A stretch of 64,000 nt of DNA, taken from Bacteroidota bacterium (GTDB taxonomy: Bacteria; Bacteroidota; Bacteroidia; AKYH767-A; 2013-40CM-41-45). Positions 48,901-55,801 of the stretch are shown piece after piece. A model generated the notes under the pieces. It searched no databases. It was not told where the DNA came from and saw only the letters and a program-made list of their open reading frames with translations. The DNA is taken from the NCBI GenBank assembly GCA_043783155.1, contig JAYVZS010000015.1, positions 34,825 through 98,824 on the forward strand, read 5' to 3'. Positions within the stretch are counted from its first letter, which is position 1. Each line of letters opens with the position of its first letter. The translations under genes and the position numbers were made by a program.

Positions 48901-49440
48901 ACAAATATGGTGATGTATCCGGTGATGATGAATGAGCGGGTGGTGGGTGCAACCAGTAATCAGACTGATACTGTTACAATCGAATTGCATGGTCATGATT
49001 TTCCTAATGGACTGATTGAAAGTTTCACGGGTGTGATGGATACTGCAGGTACTATTGCCTGTACATTCTCAAGTGCGGTGATCGACAGCTCTTACTACAT
49101 TGTATTCAAACATCGCAACTCAATTGAAACGTGGAGTGCTCTCCCGGCATTGCTTACCGCCGCACCGAGCGTATATGACTTCTCAACAAGTGCTGCAACT
49201 GCTTTCGGAGGTAATCTTAAGCTTGTGTCTTCGCTAAATGCATGGTTAGTATATAACGGAGATGTTAATCAGGATGGCTTGTGCGATGGAACCGACTTCA
49301 ATGTGATAGAGCCGGACGTACTTGCTATTGCCCAGGGTTATTACGCAACGGATGTAAACGGAGACGGACTCGTGGACGGATCAGACTTTAATAGTGTTGA
49401 ACCGAATGTATTATTAATTGTACACGTAATACGTCCTTAA
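39997..49440 (+). CDS. Giant cell-surface adhesin (3147 aa). It has a signal peptide, four or more copies of an unnamed ~220 aa domain ending RIDD[VYF], FN3-like modules, a proprotein-convertase P-domain, multiple SprB-type repeats (TVTDSNGC..), an IPT/TIG-like domain and a C-terminal dockerin-like pair of Ca-binding repeats. No T9SS CTD.
   Basis: Domain motifs read from the translation. P-domain signature THTYDGDLIIRLIAPDGRYLTLSNRRG..NGTWKLYVSDNARVDSGFINSWSITF. Dockerin DVNQDGLCDGTDFN..DVNGDGLVDGSDFN. Confidence 0.8.
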   Translation: MKQQTTYQNLVKLFIVLLVFTFHNSYGQLTLTTSPYTQNFNTINTALPTGWTVRTGAGNTVLGASASLNIAQIQWSTATGQFANYASANSPSASADLQVTQNTRTDRALGLRQTSTVGDNGAAFVLQITNTTNLVNFSLSFKLMELDPTATAGRTATWNVDYGFGATPTAFTNATTVPATITTFLGSDWGTTNVTVNFGTVLNNNAGPVWIRIVTKSATTGSGSRPVTAIDDYNLSWSQVPAVQDHDITFSAISTDSMHVAWTNGDGTSRIVKINTANSFTNPANGTNPSANNVYSGSGEQVVYNSTGNSFNIKGLSPLTTYFFRVYNYNGAGVTTVYDTASAVLNPNSQATNSATVPTISLSSPALTAFVTTAGTPSASQTYTVTGSNLTDSIYIFPPALFEISLNGTTWINSSSHIGLAQSGGNVITTPVQVRYNPLVTGTTTGNISDTSTNATPKLKSVYGVAKAVEPTVQSAITFGVITPTSIAVNFSGGNGTRRILVARQTSAVTFVPTDTIPPAGINSIFTSATDQGSGNKIVYDGTGNTDTVTGLTASTVYQFAVYEYNGTGVTINYLTISPGTGSQSTAVLEPTTSASSVTFGCNGADTISMTFTGGNGQRRIVVMSGGSAVSFTPADFIAPTGVNSNFSLAADQGSGNKIVFDGTTTSAVVTGLTPGTIYFVKVFEYNGTGSSVNYLTSSFGSGSKTNPGPVSYSTTGSTYSQDFNTLPAATGAVPFVGAGPFYLSGSPICSFALNGWQIAKTSGTGANLIFNGDNLGNSTTGSLYSYGSSSGSTDRALGSLAAASVIGGLGVVLKNNTPDILSRVTVTYTGEEWKRGTGAANSLYFSYLVNGTNLTTGGTFTALPALNFQAPTDTGSNVALNGNAANNRTAISLTFDLNANWLPGQNLVLRWDDTNDNLSDDGLAIDDFSFVAVPPAKPTAQDSTITFSGVSTVMITTNWLNGNGASRIVKINKTNSFSNPVDGNVYAATSLYVGSGEQVVYNGSGTSVTVTGLSADSTYFFRVFGYNGTGGATKYNTVTAFNNPKSKATNPPSAATQLAIISVNDSVAPSFPTNIVAGKPFHVVVRSQDGSGNPQNVGTNTTVDLSVFSGLYNLVGIPSGVIQTGADTVTIYGVIYDTPDLGVQLNASASSGDVLTAGQSVSFDVSDSASLLVFAGVPASAIVDSLLNTFTVRALRVDSTLDFNYSGTITLTKISGPGNLLGTTIKSAIGGIATFNNINFDMVGTYVIRADAPGLNGIISHTIIITNIPIMTELVVPKYIGSKTGTTTNVARTPIAICVRLDNLAPNTLYDIKAAIELTSAAVTSYGAGNIGTPTNSFNGSTQTLPGAFTTNASGSSGPYWIIIQPTGGAALQFDAGQLHHLRLGFVASGGTMPSSPNFIGTKTIQALDISSIARTVTTADDGAFLKGSSAPCVAGKYILVYDSIAPAGDPLFSYQSRPAIDTNATQTDLPTAINDVYRQAGTSASGDYPAVIPIGANNPNGVRRIEARNADNSVFNFATDADGVWPSGANTTTITRRSVATLTLSDAGMNSVSISSITSTPVTCSNDGTATVTATGSGSLSYLWSNGATTASISSLASGSYTVTVNDSKGCSANTSVTVSQPASSTITASGSTTFCNGDSVKLSVPAGADHYAWSTNPSSDTLSSVVVKTSGSYTVVVTTASCPHTSLPITVTVNNFAINGTIFFENMGDIAVGSTTKVNNYTGWHNGVPAIFSSTPNVDTAQTDVRTSTPSNYANASGGNNIFFGTANSITDRNFNISGINTTGYAGVSLSFGLIRSAIGLSNDSMKVEVSTDGIGYSTIGNYATASTANWSQFTVSSGIPVTANLRIRFSKNNGSQFRIDDVLVTGLTNSVSILPTGPTTICGAGSVSLVSSVLTGNLWSPTNQTTQTITATSAVPSTTIYTVTITDANGCKATSAPVKVRFVPVVTVTIPSTTPASCSGGSATALAANGTVPFTYSWNSSPVQTTATATGLATGSYTVTVTDSNSCTASASTTIGLPAIATITAGGPTTFCNGDSVTLSAGAGASHYSWSSNPSVDTLRSIVVKTSGTYTVTANNGLGCIQTSFPVTVTVNNFAMNGTIFSESVGIGTASSISAYTGWQNSVAPIVFSSTSTSQSDVRTTTNSSGYTGASGNSNVFMGFSTGSPDRNFIISGINTLGYSGMRLTFGLKRDAGTDSVKVEVSADGSTYTQLAITHPSNNTTWILDTAVGSIPATANLRIRFSKNSTTGQFRIDDVKLTGITSTVNIVASGPTIICGTGGVRLTSNILNGNTWSPTNETTKSILAITSGTYTVTSGGSTGCPATSAPVVVQINPNPTVSITSITNASCFGTSDGSATALAAGGTGSLNYSWNTSPVQPTATASNLTAGTYTVTVTDANSCIAKDSSTTITQPSAITVTAVTSDTVICQGATVSLSSTGTTSTNLTFTNSTPVAIPDSSVANGIVPVTSSIVVSGVNSTSLTSGQIASVKINSLTHTYDGDLIIRLIAPDGRYLTLSNRRGFGANFTNTVFSSSATVALTSSPFTGTFKPDTSATASAAFASFNGVNPNGTWKLYVSDNARVDSGFINSWSITFNNPIAFAWTSSPTGFTSSAKSPGSVTPSSVGLGNVIYTVVATNLTTGCNSPSSSVTVKVIPGPSALASSTDVSCHNDSNGTVSVIASGGTTPYTYSWNTSPVQLTPTVTGLKAGHYTVTITDSNGCKTKADTAVANPAVITVSASAGSITCFGGTTNVVVSAVGGSGIYSSGTGTFSNVTAGTHTYTVTDNKGCIGSVTISIGQPSRIIVTATQGVITCNGGTTSVVVTATGGSGPYTSGTGTFTGVTAGIHTYTVFDSTGCSGSVTDTITEPAPIVINAFFPHGCNGDIISITGSNFTGATNVLFNGMSAAGFTIANDGEIDAAVPAGATSGFITVVKGTCSVTSTTSFTVNCVTNTTVTVKAFIQNYTDTTNMVMYPVMMNERVVGATSNQTDTVTIELHGHDFPNGLIESFTGVMDTAGTIACTFSSAVIDSSYYIVFKHRNSIETWSALPALLTAAPSVYDFSTSAATAFGGNLKLVSSLNAWLVYNGDVNQDGLCDGTDFNVIEPDVLAIAQGYYATDVNGDGLVDGSDFNSVEPNVLLIVHVIRP

Positions 49441-49487
49441 GAAAAACAACTGACACAAGTGCTGCTTACTAAAATAAACAGCGAATA

Positions 49488-49530
49488 AAAAAACGTCCCG
49501 CAGAACAGCGGGACGTTTTTTTTTCCTGGA
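49488..49530. terminator. Bidirectional rho-independent terminator: A7-ACGTCCCGC-agaaca-GCGGGACGT-T9.
   Basis: 9 bp GC-rich stem flanked by an A-run and a T-run, between the convergent giant gene and the LutB-like gene. Confidence 0.7.
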
Positions 49531-49539
49531 GCGGAAAAA

Positions 49540-50919
49540 TTATTTTTTCATCCGTTCCTTCCACAACTCATTAAAAGATTGAGGTGCTACTTTCGGAAGG
49601 TCTCTTCTGTTACCCCAACTTTTTTTAAAAAAATTCTGTATGACAAAATTCTTGGTTTTTGATCCGCCTTTATTCATGAGGCTTCTTTTCAACATGGCCT
49701 TTTTCCAGAATGTATAGATCCATTTTTCTGATTTCGATGCAAGGCCTTCTTCAACCGAATCATGACGGTTGTGAAGCAAAAGTTTATGCAATTCGATTTT
49801 CACCGGGCAGACTTCCGTACACTTTCCACAAAGCGATGAAGCAAAGCTGAGATGTTTAAACTCTTTCATACCACTATAATGTGGAGTAATCACAGAACCG
49901 ATCGGGCCACTATAAGGAGTACCGTAAGCATGACCGCCAACACCCTGGTAAATCGGACAGCCGTTTAAGCAGGCACCGCAACGGATACAAGACAATGCCT
50001 GACGCTGATTTTGCTGCGCCAGTAAATTTGTTCTTCCGTTGTCGAGCAGGATGACATACATTTCTTCCGGGCCATCGCTTTCTTCCGGTTGGCGCGGACC
50101 TGTCATGATGGAATTATAAACCGTCATTTTCTGTCCCGTGCCATGCGTTGCAAGCAACGTCCAGAATAAATCAAGATCAGTGAGTGATGGAATAATTTTC
50201 TCAATGCCGCCAATCGCAATATGAACTTTCGGGAACGCAACACTTAGCAAAGCATTCCCTTCATTTTCGGTGACGGCAACAGCACCGATATCAGCGATTA
50301 AAAAATTGATGCCGGTTATACCCACTTCTGCCTCCTGGTATTTTGCGCGCAGTTTTTCTCTCACATAAGCGGTGATTTCCTGAGGCGTGCTGTTAATCGG
50401 AAGCGAGAATATTTTATTAAAAGTTTTCGCCACATCTTCTTTCGAAAGATGCATGGCAGGAGTTACAATGTGATAAGGAGGTTCGTTACGAAGCTGAACA
50501 ATGTATTCACCTAAATCCGTTTCCACCGATTCAATACCTGCTTTCTCCAATGCATGATTGAGATGAATTTCTTCTGTCGTCATCGACTTCGACTTCACAA
50601 CAGTTTTTGCATTCGCCCGCCTCATGATTAAATTAATTTCAGAAATTGCTTCTTCCGCGTTTTGCGCCCAGATTACTTTTCCACCACGCTTTGAAAAATT
50701 GAATTCAAACTCGGTAAGGTATTTCTCCAGGTTCTCAATCGCCTTCCATTTTAAATTTGCCGCACGCTGCTTCGCAAGTTCAAGGTCTTCAAACTGGTGT
50801 TTGCCGTCTACTACCTTTTTATCGTACTGAGAAATATTAAAAACAAGCTTCCGCCTGTGTTCTTTATCGAACACCTTGTTTTCGGCCTTGACTAAAAATT
50901 CGTGCGACTGTTGCGACAT
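49540..50919 (-). CDS. LutB/LldF-like iron-sulfur protein (LUD/DUF162 domain plus 4Fe-4S dicluster); no lutA or lutC partner nearby
   Basis: CIRCGACLNGCP and CGKCTEVCP ferredoxin-type motifs. Confidence 0.7.
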   Translation of the reverse strand: MSQQSHEFLVKAENKVFDKEHRRKLVFNISQYDKKVVDGKHQFEDLELAKQRAANLKWKAIENLEKYLTEFEFNFSKRGGKVIWAQNAEEAISEINLIMRRANAKTVVKSKSMTTEEIHLNHALEKAGIESVETDLGEYIVQLRNEPPYHIVTPAMHLSKEDVAKTFNKIFSLPINSTPQEITAYVREKLRAKYQEAEVGITGINFLIADIGAVAVTENEGNALLSVAFPKVHIAIGGIEKIIPSLTDLDLFWTLLATHGTGQKMTVYNSIMTGPRQPEESDGPEEMYVILLDNGRTNLLAQQNQRQALSCIRCGACLNGCPIYQGVGGHAYGTPYSGPIGSVITPHYSGMKEFKHLSFASSLCGKCTEVCPVKIELHKLLLHNRHDSVEEGLASKSEKWIYTFWKKAMLKRSLMNKGGSKTKNFVIQNFFKKSWGNRRDLPKVAPQSFNELWKERMKK

Positions 50920-51043
50920 ATTACCGGCGAAGATAATTACGAATGCAACGAGAATTAAAAAATATTCTGATTAGTTTTCAAGAATCAAAAGTGAGTTATT
51001 AAGAACTCGTCCCGGACAATATGGAGATTGAAGTGGTCCAAAA

Positions 51044-51093
51044 TTTTAAATCTCCGCATCCTCCTGGCTCCTCAGCAAATCATCAATCGTTTC
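51044..51093. repeat. Direct repeat (left copy) of the last ~50 bp of lysA, 47/50 identical to 51731-51780. It encodes a diverged lysA C-terminus (..ETIDDLLRSQEDAEI*).
   Basis: Aligned by eye against 51731-51780. Confidence 0.6.
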
Positions 51094-51107
51094 GCCTTTC
51101 AAGAGTA

Positions 51108-51347
51108 CTACCTAAGACGGCTTGCGTGTATAACCTGGTAAACGGTAACTCTGTTCCCGAAAATCTTGCATACGAAAATAGAATTCTTTTTAAAGACAGC
51201 ATACCTGAACTCTCTTTTTGCCAATACCTCTCTTCTGCATACAGGTTCTTTTAAAGGAAGTATAGCAAGTGAAGCTGCAAATGAATAGAGTTGATTTACA
51301 AATTTTTCCGCCGTTCCCGGATAGCCCTGTTCCTCAATAAAAAACAC
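51108..51347 (-). CDS. Type II toxin-antitoxin system RelE/ParE family toxin (79 aa, GTG start)
   Basis: C-terminal pattern ..REFRYAVFKKNSIFVCKIFGNRVTVYQVIHASR typical of ParE/RelE toxins. An upstream ORF stops (TAA) immediately before the GTG. Confidence 0.6.
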   Translation of the reverse strand: MFFIEEQGYPGTAEKFVNQLYSFAASLAILPLKEPVCRREVLAKREFRYAVFKKNSIFVCKIFGNRVTVYQVIHASRLR

Positions 51348-51392
51348 TTATAGCTGTCAATTGTCTTTCGGCGGACGTTTTAAAAAAAACCT

Positions 51393-51533
51393 TTATTTCT
51401 TTTTTCGCCATGAAGCAATCTTAGACAATGTTCTATTCTTTGAATCATTCAATGAAATGCTTCTACCCCTCGATGCATTGGAAAGTGTATGCAAGAGTTC
51501 TTCATCCGTAGGTGCCTGACCGGGCAAAACCAA
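51393..51533 (-). CDS. Candidate cognate antitoxin (about 46 aa from TTG: LVLPGQAPTDEELLHTLSNASRGRSISLNDSKNRTLSKIASWRKKK). No ATG start; very tentative.
   Basis: Own translation. The open frame stops 45 nt upstream of the toxin start, in the usual antitoxin-toxin order. Confidence 0.2.
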   Translation of the reverse strand: MVLPGQAPTDEELLHTLSNASRGRSISLNDSKNRTLSKIASWRKKK

Positions 51534-51732
51534 TTCTATCTCATTGATTTTTTTTTCTTTGAAACGGGATGTTCCTCCTTTATCATTGCTGTAAGATTTT
51601 TATCAGCTTTTAATTTACGATACAATTGCTGAGCATAGGTCACTTGTTTGTATGATGATGGTGGTCATTTTGAATAAAAAAATTTTCACATTTACGAATT
51701 ATATGACAGTGATATGGATCTTTCACCTCATT

Positions 51733-52965
51733 TTAAATCTCCGCATCCACCTGGTTCCTCAGTAAATCATCAATCGTTTCCCGTTTCCTGATCAGCTGTG
51801 CTTTGCCTTTGTAGATCAAAACTTCTGCCGGCCGGAAACGTGAATTATAATTGTTGCTCATTGAAAAACCATACGCGCCTGCATTCAGAATCGCAAGCAC
51901 ATCTCCTTCGCGTACTTCGTTTAATTTTCTGTCCCATGCAAACGTATCCGTTTCGCAAATGTATCCGACAACCGTATACACACGTTGTACGCCATTCGGG
52001 TTCGACATATTCACGATGTGATGATACGCATCGTAGAACATCGGGCGGACGAGATGGTTTTGTCCCGAATCCACTCCCACAAAAACGGTGGCCATCGTTT
52101 GCTTGATGATGTTCACTTTCACCAACAGGAATCCGCCTTCGCTCACTAAAAATTTTCCCGGCTCAAACCAAAGCTGAAGTTTCCGTCCGTAGTTTTTACA
52201 GAACTCAATAAAACGTGTCGAAAGTTCTTTGCCTAACTCTTCAATATCAGTGGTAACGTCATCTTCTTTGTAAGCAACTTTGAACCCGCTTCCGAAATCA
52301 ATGAACTCAAGGTCTTTGAAATTTTCTGCCGCTTCAAACAGCAGTTCTGCTCCACGAATAAAAACACTGGCATCAAGAATATCAGACCCTGAATGCATGT
52401 GAAGTCCGACAACACGAATGTTATTGGCAGCGACAATACGAGTGAGATGCCTCAACTGGTAAATTGAAATACCAAACTTAGAATCAATGTGTCCCGTTTG
52501 AATATGCGAATGACCTCCTGCTGTGATGTGTGGGTTGATGCGGACACAACACGGGACTTTGTTTCCATATTCATGTCCGAATTGTTCAAGAATAGAAATA
52601 TTGTCGATGTTGATGTTGAGACCAAGTTCCACCCCCATTTTTATTTCTTCGATGGAAACACAATTGGGAGTGAAAAGAATTTGCGATGGTTTGAAACCGG
52701 CTTTCAACCCGATCATGGCTTCCTGGATAGAAACAACATCGAGTCCGGCGCCAATCTTTTTCATTAGTTTCAGAATGGAAATGTTCGACAATGCCTTAAT
52801 GGCGTACTTGATTTCAAGATCCACACCGCTGAAAGCATTTTTTAATTTTTCATACTGAGAAGCTATTTTCTCTGCATCATATACATAAAGCGGTGTGTCG
52901 AATTCTTTGCACAAGTCGAGCACATCTATACCACTAATTTGATAACGGGAATTAACGAGGTTCAT
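51733..52965 (-). CDS. lysA: Diaminopimelate decarboxylase
   Basis: PLP fold-III decarboxylase motifs (YAIKA, GxGxD, EPGR) and length. Confidence 0.85.
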   Translation of the reverse strand: MNLVNSRYQISGIDVLDLCKEFDTPLYVYDAEKIASQYEKLKNAFSGVDLEIKYAIKALSNISILKLMKKIGAGLDVVSIQEAMIGLKAGFKPSQILFTPNCVSIEEIKMGVELGLNINIDNISILEQFGHEYGNKVPCCVRINPHITAGGHSHIQTGHIDSKFGISIYQLRHLTRIVAANNIRVVGLHMHSGSDILDASVFIRGAELLFEAAENFKDLEFIDFGSGFKVAYKEDDVTTDIEELGKELSTRFIEFCKNYGRKLQLWFEPGKFLVSEGGFLLVKVNIIKQTMATVFVGVDSGQNHLVRPMFYDAYHHIVNMSNPNGVQRVYTVVGYICETDTFAWDRKLNEVREGDVLAILNAGAYGFSMSNNYNSRFRPAEVLIYKGKAQLIRKRETIDDLLRNQVDAEI

Positions 52966-53088
52966 GACGGTAAAAATATGAACAAAATTGAGAAGTGGGA
53001 ATTAATTCTTGAAGCCGGGAAACAGGGAATGGGGAATCGGAGTAGCGCTCTCCGTTTCACCGATTCTCCGTTTCAAAATTTTTCAGTT

Positions 53089-53631
53089 TTATTTCTCCTT
53101 TGAAGAAACCGCCGCCTTATAAACCGGAACCGTCGAACACGGCTCACCATACATGATGCTTTTCACAACAGGCCGAAGTAAAAAAGTTATTTCAACATAG
53201 GCGGAAGCAGGAACTTCCACTTTGCTGCAACCTTTGATTACCACACGCTGGTCGCGGTAATTTTCAGGGATTATTTTAAAAATCTGTTCATGAAACAATT
53301 CTTCTTCCAGTTTTTTCAAATCTCCAAAGACTATTTTTTTTGCAACCGGCTCCAGCTTTGCGGCCACCAGCATAAACGCCCACGTTGGAACAATGGCATC
53401 GGCGGTACAAGCTATGGCTACAAATTTATCCTGGTATTGGAGCCAGTCATGGTTTTTTAACTGCTCACGAAAATCTTTTTCTTTCAGAATCAATTCTTCA
53501 AACAACCATCCTTTCAGGTCAAACAAAATACGTTCCCCGGGAAGATATAATTCTTCCAGGTCAATCTGTACAAGACCGCTTTCCGCAACTTTATTTATGA
53601 TTTCATCTTGCATCTTGTTACCACATGCCAA
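53089..53631 (-). CDS. DUF2480-like protein (conserved SUF-cluster neighbour in Bacteroidota)
   Basis: Context. Overlaps the DUF59 gene start by 14 nt. Confidence 0.45.
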   Translation of the reverse strand: MACGNKMQDEIINKVAESGLVQIDLEELYLPGERILFDLKGWLFEELILKEKDFREQLKNHDWLQYQDKFVAIACTADAIVPTWAFMLVAAKLEPVAKKIVFGDLKKLEEELFHEQIFKIIPENYRDQRVVIKGCSKVEVPASAYVEITFLLRPVVKSIMYGEPCSTVPVYKAAVSSKEK

Positions 53632-54016
53632 GTTCCAACTTCGCTTCTTCGCTCATCATGTCTTTTTCCCATGGGGGATCAAACGTGATTTCAACTTTCG
53701 CATTGTTCACGTCAGGAATATCTTTAATTTTTTGTTCCACTTCAACCGGTAATGTTTCTGCAACAGGACAGGCGGGAGATGTCAATGTCATCTTCACAAA
53801 CACATCATTGCCTTCATCAACACGAACTTCGTAAATCAAACCAAGCTCAAATATATTAACGGGAATTTCAGGATCGTAACAGGTCTTCAGTACGTCCCTT
53901 ACTCTTTCTTCCAATGATTTTATTATTTCCTGTGCTTCCATTATTCCATTATTCCATTTCAGATTTCGGATTCTAAATTGCGAATTGGCGAGCAATCTAA
54001 AATTCGCCTTTGGCAA
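53618..54016 (-). CDS. DUF59 (MIP18/SufT-like) Fe-S cluster assembly protein
   Basis: DUF59 motif region (YDPEIPVNIFELGLIY ... TSPACP). Confidence 0.65.
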   Translation of the reverse strand: MPKANFRLLANSQFRIRNLKWNNGIMEAQEIIKSLEERVRDVLKTCYDPEIPVNIFELGLIYEVRVDEGNDVFVKMTLTSPACPVAETLPVEVEQKIKDIPDVNNAKVEITFDPPWEKDMMSEEAKLELGMW

Positions 54017-54024
54017 TTGCTATT

Positions 54025-54471
54025 TTATGCACTTGACTTTGTCTGATATCCCAGCGCATACAATTTCATCTGCTTGATCATACTTGCCAGCCCGTTGGCT
54101 CTTGTCACTGCAACGTGCTGTCTCAATCCGATCTTATCAATAAACGTTAAATCTGTACTTACAATGTCTTCCGGTTTTTGTCCTGACAACACACGAATCA
54201 GCAAGCCGATTTCGCCCTTTACAAATGTTGAATCGCTGTCAGCTTCAAAAAATATGCGACCATCTTTTTCATAACTATTCAGCCACACGCTACTCTGGCA
54301 ACCTTTGATCTTATTTTCTTCCACTTTATATTTTTCATCAAGCACAGGAAGTTTTTGTCCAAGTTCGATGATGTACTGATATTTATCTGTCCAGTCATCG
54401 AAGAGCTCGAATTCAGATACAATTTCTTCTTCAATGTCGCTAATTTGCATGCTCAATCTTCTACCTTTCAT
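54025..54471 (-). CDS. sufE: Cysteine desulfuration protein SufE
   Basis: SufE conserved Cys region (KGCQSSVWL). Confidence 0.75.
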   Translation of the reverse strand: MKGRRLSMQISDIEEEIVSEFELFDDWTDKYQYIIELGQKLPVLDEKYKVEENKIKGCQSSVWLNSYEKDGRIFFEADSDSTFVKGEIGLLIRVLSGQKPEDIVSTDLTFIDKIGLRQHVAVTRANGLASMIKQMKLYALGYQTKSSA

Positions 54472-54520
54472 TTTTCAGTATACAATCGACAAAATTGTTT
54501 ATTGGTCTTTTGTCTGCTGC

Positions 54521-55801
54521 CTACTTTTTTAACAAAGCAATTGCTTTCTTTATTCCTTCAACCATCGCATCTATCTCTTCTTTTGTATTGTAAAACATAA
54601 AAGAAGCGCGAATCGTTCCCGGTATATTAAATCGTTGCATCACGGGTTCGGTACAATGATGGCCCGTGCGAACCGCGATACCAAGAGTGTCGAGATACAT
54701 GCCGACATCCAGCGCATTCAAACCTTCCATGACAAACGAAATAACGCTCGCCTTTTTTTTCGCTGTTCCGATCAATCTCAATCCGTCAATGTTGCCAAGT
54801 TTTTTCGAAGCATACAACATCAACTCATGTTCATACGCTGAAATTTTTTTCCTGTCCAATGCCTGAATATAATCAATGGCTGCGCCCCATGCGATCACAT
54901 CAGCAATGTTCGGCGTACCCGCTTCAAATTTAAAAGGCACCTCGTTGTAAGTTGTTTTTTCAAAACTTACAGAGTGAATCATTTCTCCGCCACCCTGGTA
55001 CGGAGGCATCTCTTCAAGAATATTTATTTTTCCGTACAGTCCACCAATGCCGGTTGGCCCGAACATCTTATGTCCAGAAAAAGCGAAGAAGTCACAATCG
55101 AGATCCTGCACATCAACAGGTTCGTGCGCGACTGCCTGTGCGCCATCTATCAATACAGGCACATTATGCTGATGTGCCTTCCGGATAATTTCCTTTACAG
55201 GATTAATTGTACCAAGAGAATTGGATGTATGAACCAGCGAAACAAATTTTGTTTTTGAAGATAGTAACCGGATAAAATCTTCCGGCATTATTTCTCCGCT
55301 GTCATTCATTGGTATTACTTTCAGGATCGCTTTCTTTTCCTCGCACAACATCTGCCACGGCACTATGTTGCTGTGATGTTCCATCGCTGAAATAATGATT
55401 TCATCACCGATAGAAATATTTTTTCTGCCATAAGCAGCTGCGACAAGATTAATGGATTCAGTTGTTCCCCGGGTAAAAACTATTTCTCGTGGTGATTTCG
55501 CGTTGATAAAATGTTGAACTTTTCCACGGACATCATCAAATGCCTTTGATGCTTTTTGCGAGAGGTAATGAACCCCGCGATGAATATTCGCATTGTAAGA
55601 TGAATAATAATTCATCAATGCATCAATTACTACTTGTGGTTTTTGCGATGTCGCGGCGTTGTCAAAATAAATCAACGGCTTGCCACCGGAACCATCAGAA
55701 GAAGGATAAACATGCTGAGAAAGAACAGGGAAATCCCTTCTCGCCTTCCTCACATCAAAATCAGAAGTTACCTTCATATCTGCTGCTTCCGCTATATTCA
55801 T
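54521..55801 (-). CDS. sufS: Cysteine desulfurase SufS (class V aminotransferase, group II)
   Basis: PLP lysine context (SGHK), RxGHHCA active-site motif (RTGHHCTEP). Confidence 0.9.
   Translation of the reverse strand: MNIAEAADMKVTSDFDVRKARRDFPVLSQHVYPSSDGSGGKPLIYFDNAATSQKPQVVIDALMNYYSSYNANIHRGVHYLSQKASKAFDDVRGKVQHFINAKSPREIVFTRGTTESINLVAAAYGRKNISIGDEIIISAMEHHSNIVPWQMLCEEKKAILKVIPMNDSGEIMPEDFIRLLSSKTKFVSLVHTSNSLGTINPVKEIIRKAHQHNVPVLIDGAQAVAHEPVDVQDLDCDFFAFSGHKMFGPTGIGGLYGKINILEEMPPYQGGGEMIHSVSFEKTTYNEVPFKFEAGTPNIADVIAWGAAIDYIQALDRKKISAYEHELMLYASKKLGNIDGLRLIGTAKKKASVISFVMEGLNALDVGMYLDTLGIAVRTGHHCTEPVMQRFNIPGTIRASFMFYNTKEEIDAMVEGIKKAIALLKK

Noticed and set aside
51021-51254. Track ORF 51021..51254 (+) 77 aa
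   Set aside because: It runs antisense across the left direct repeat and the ParE toxin gene. The toxin frame on the other strand has family-typical sequence.
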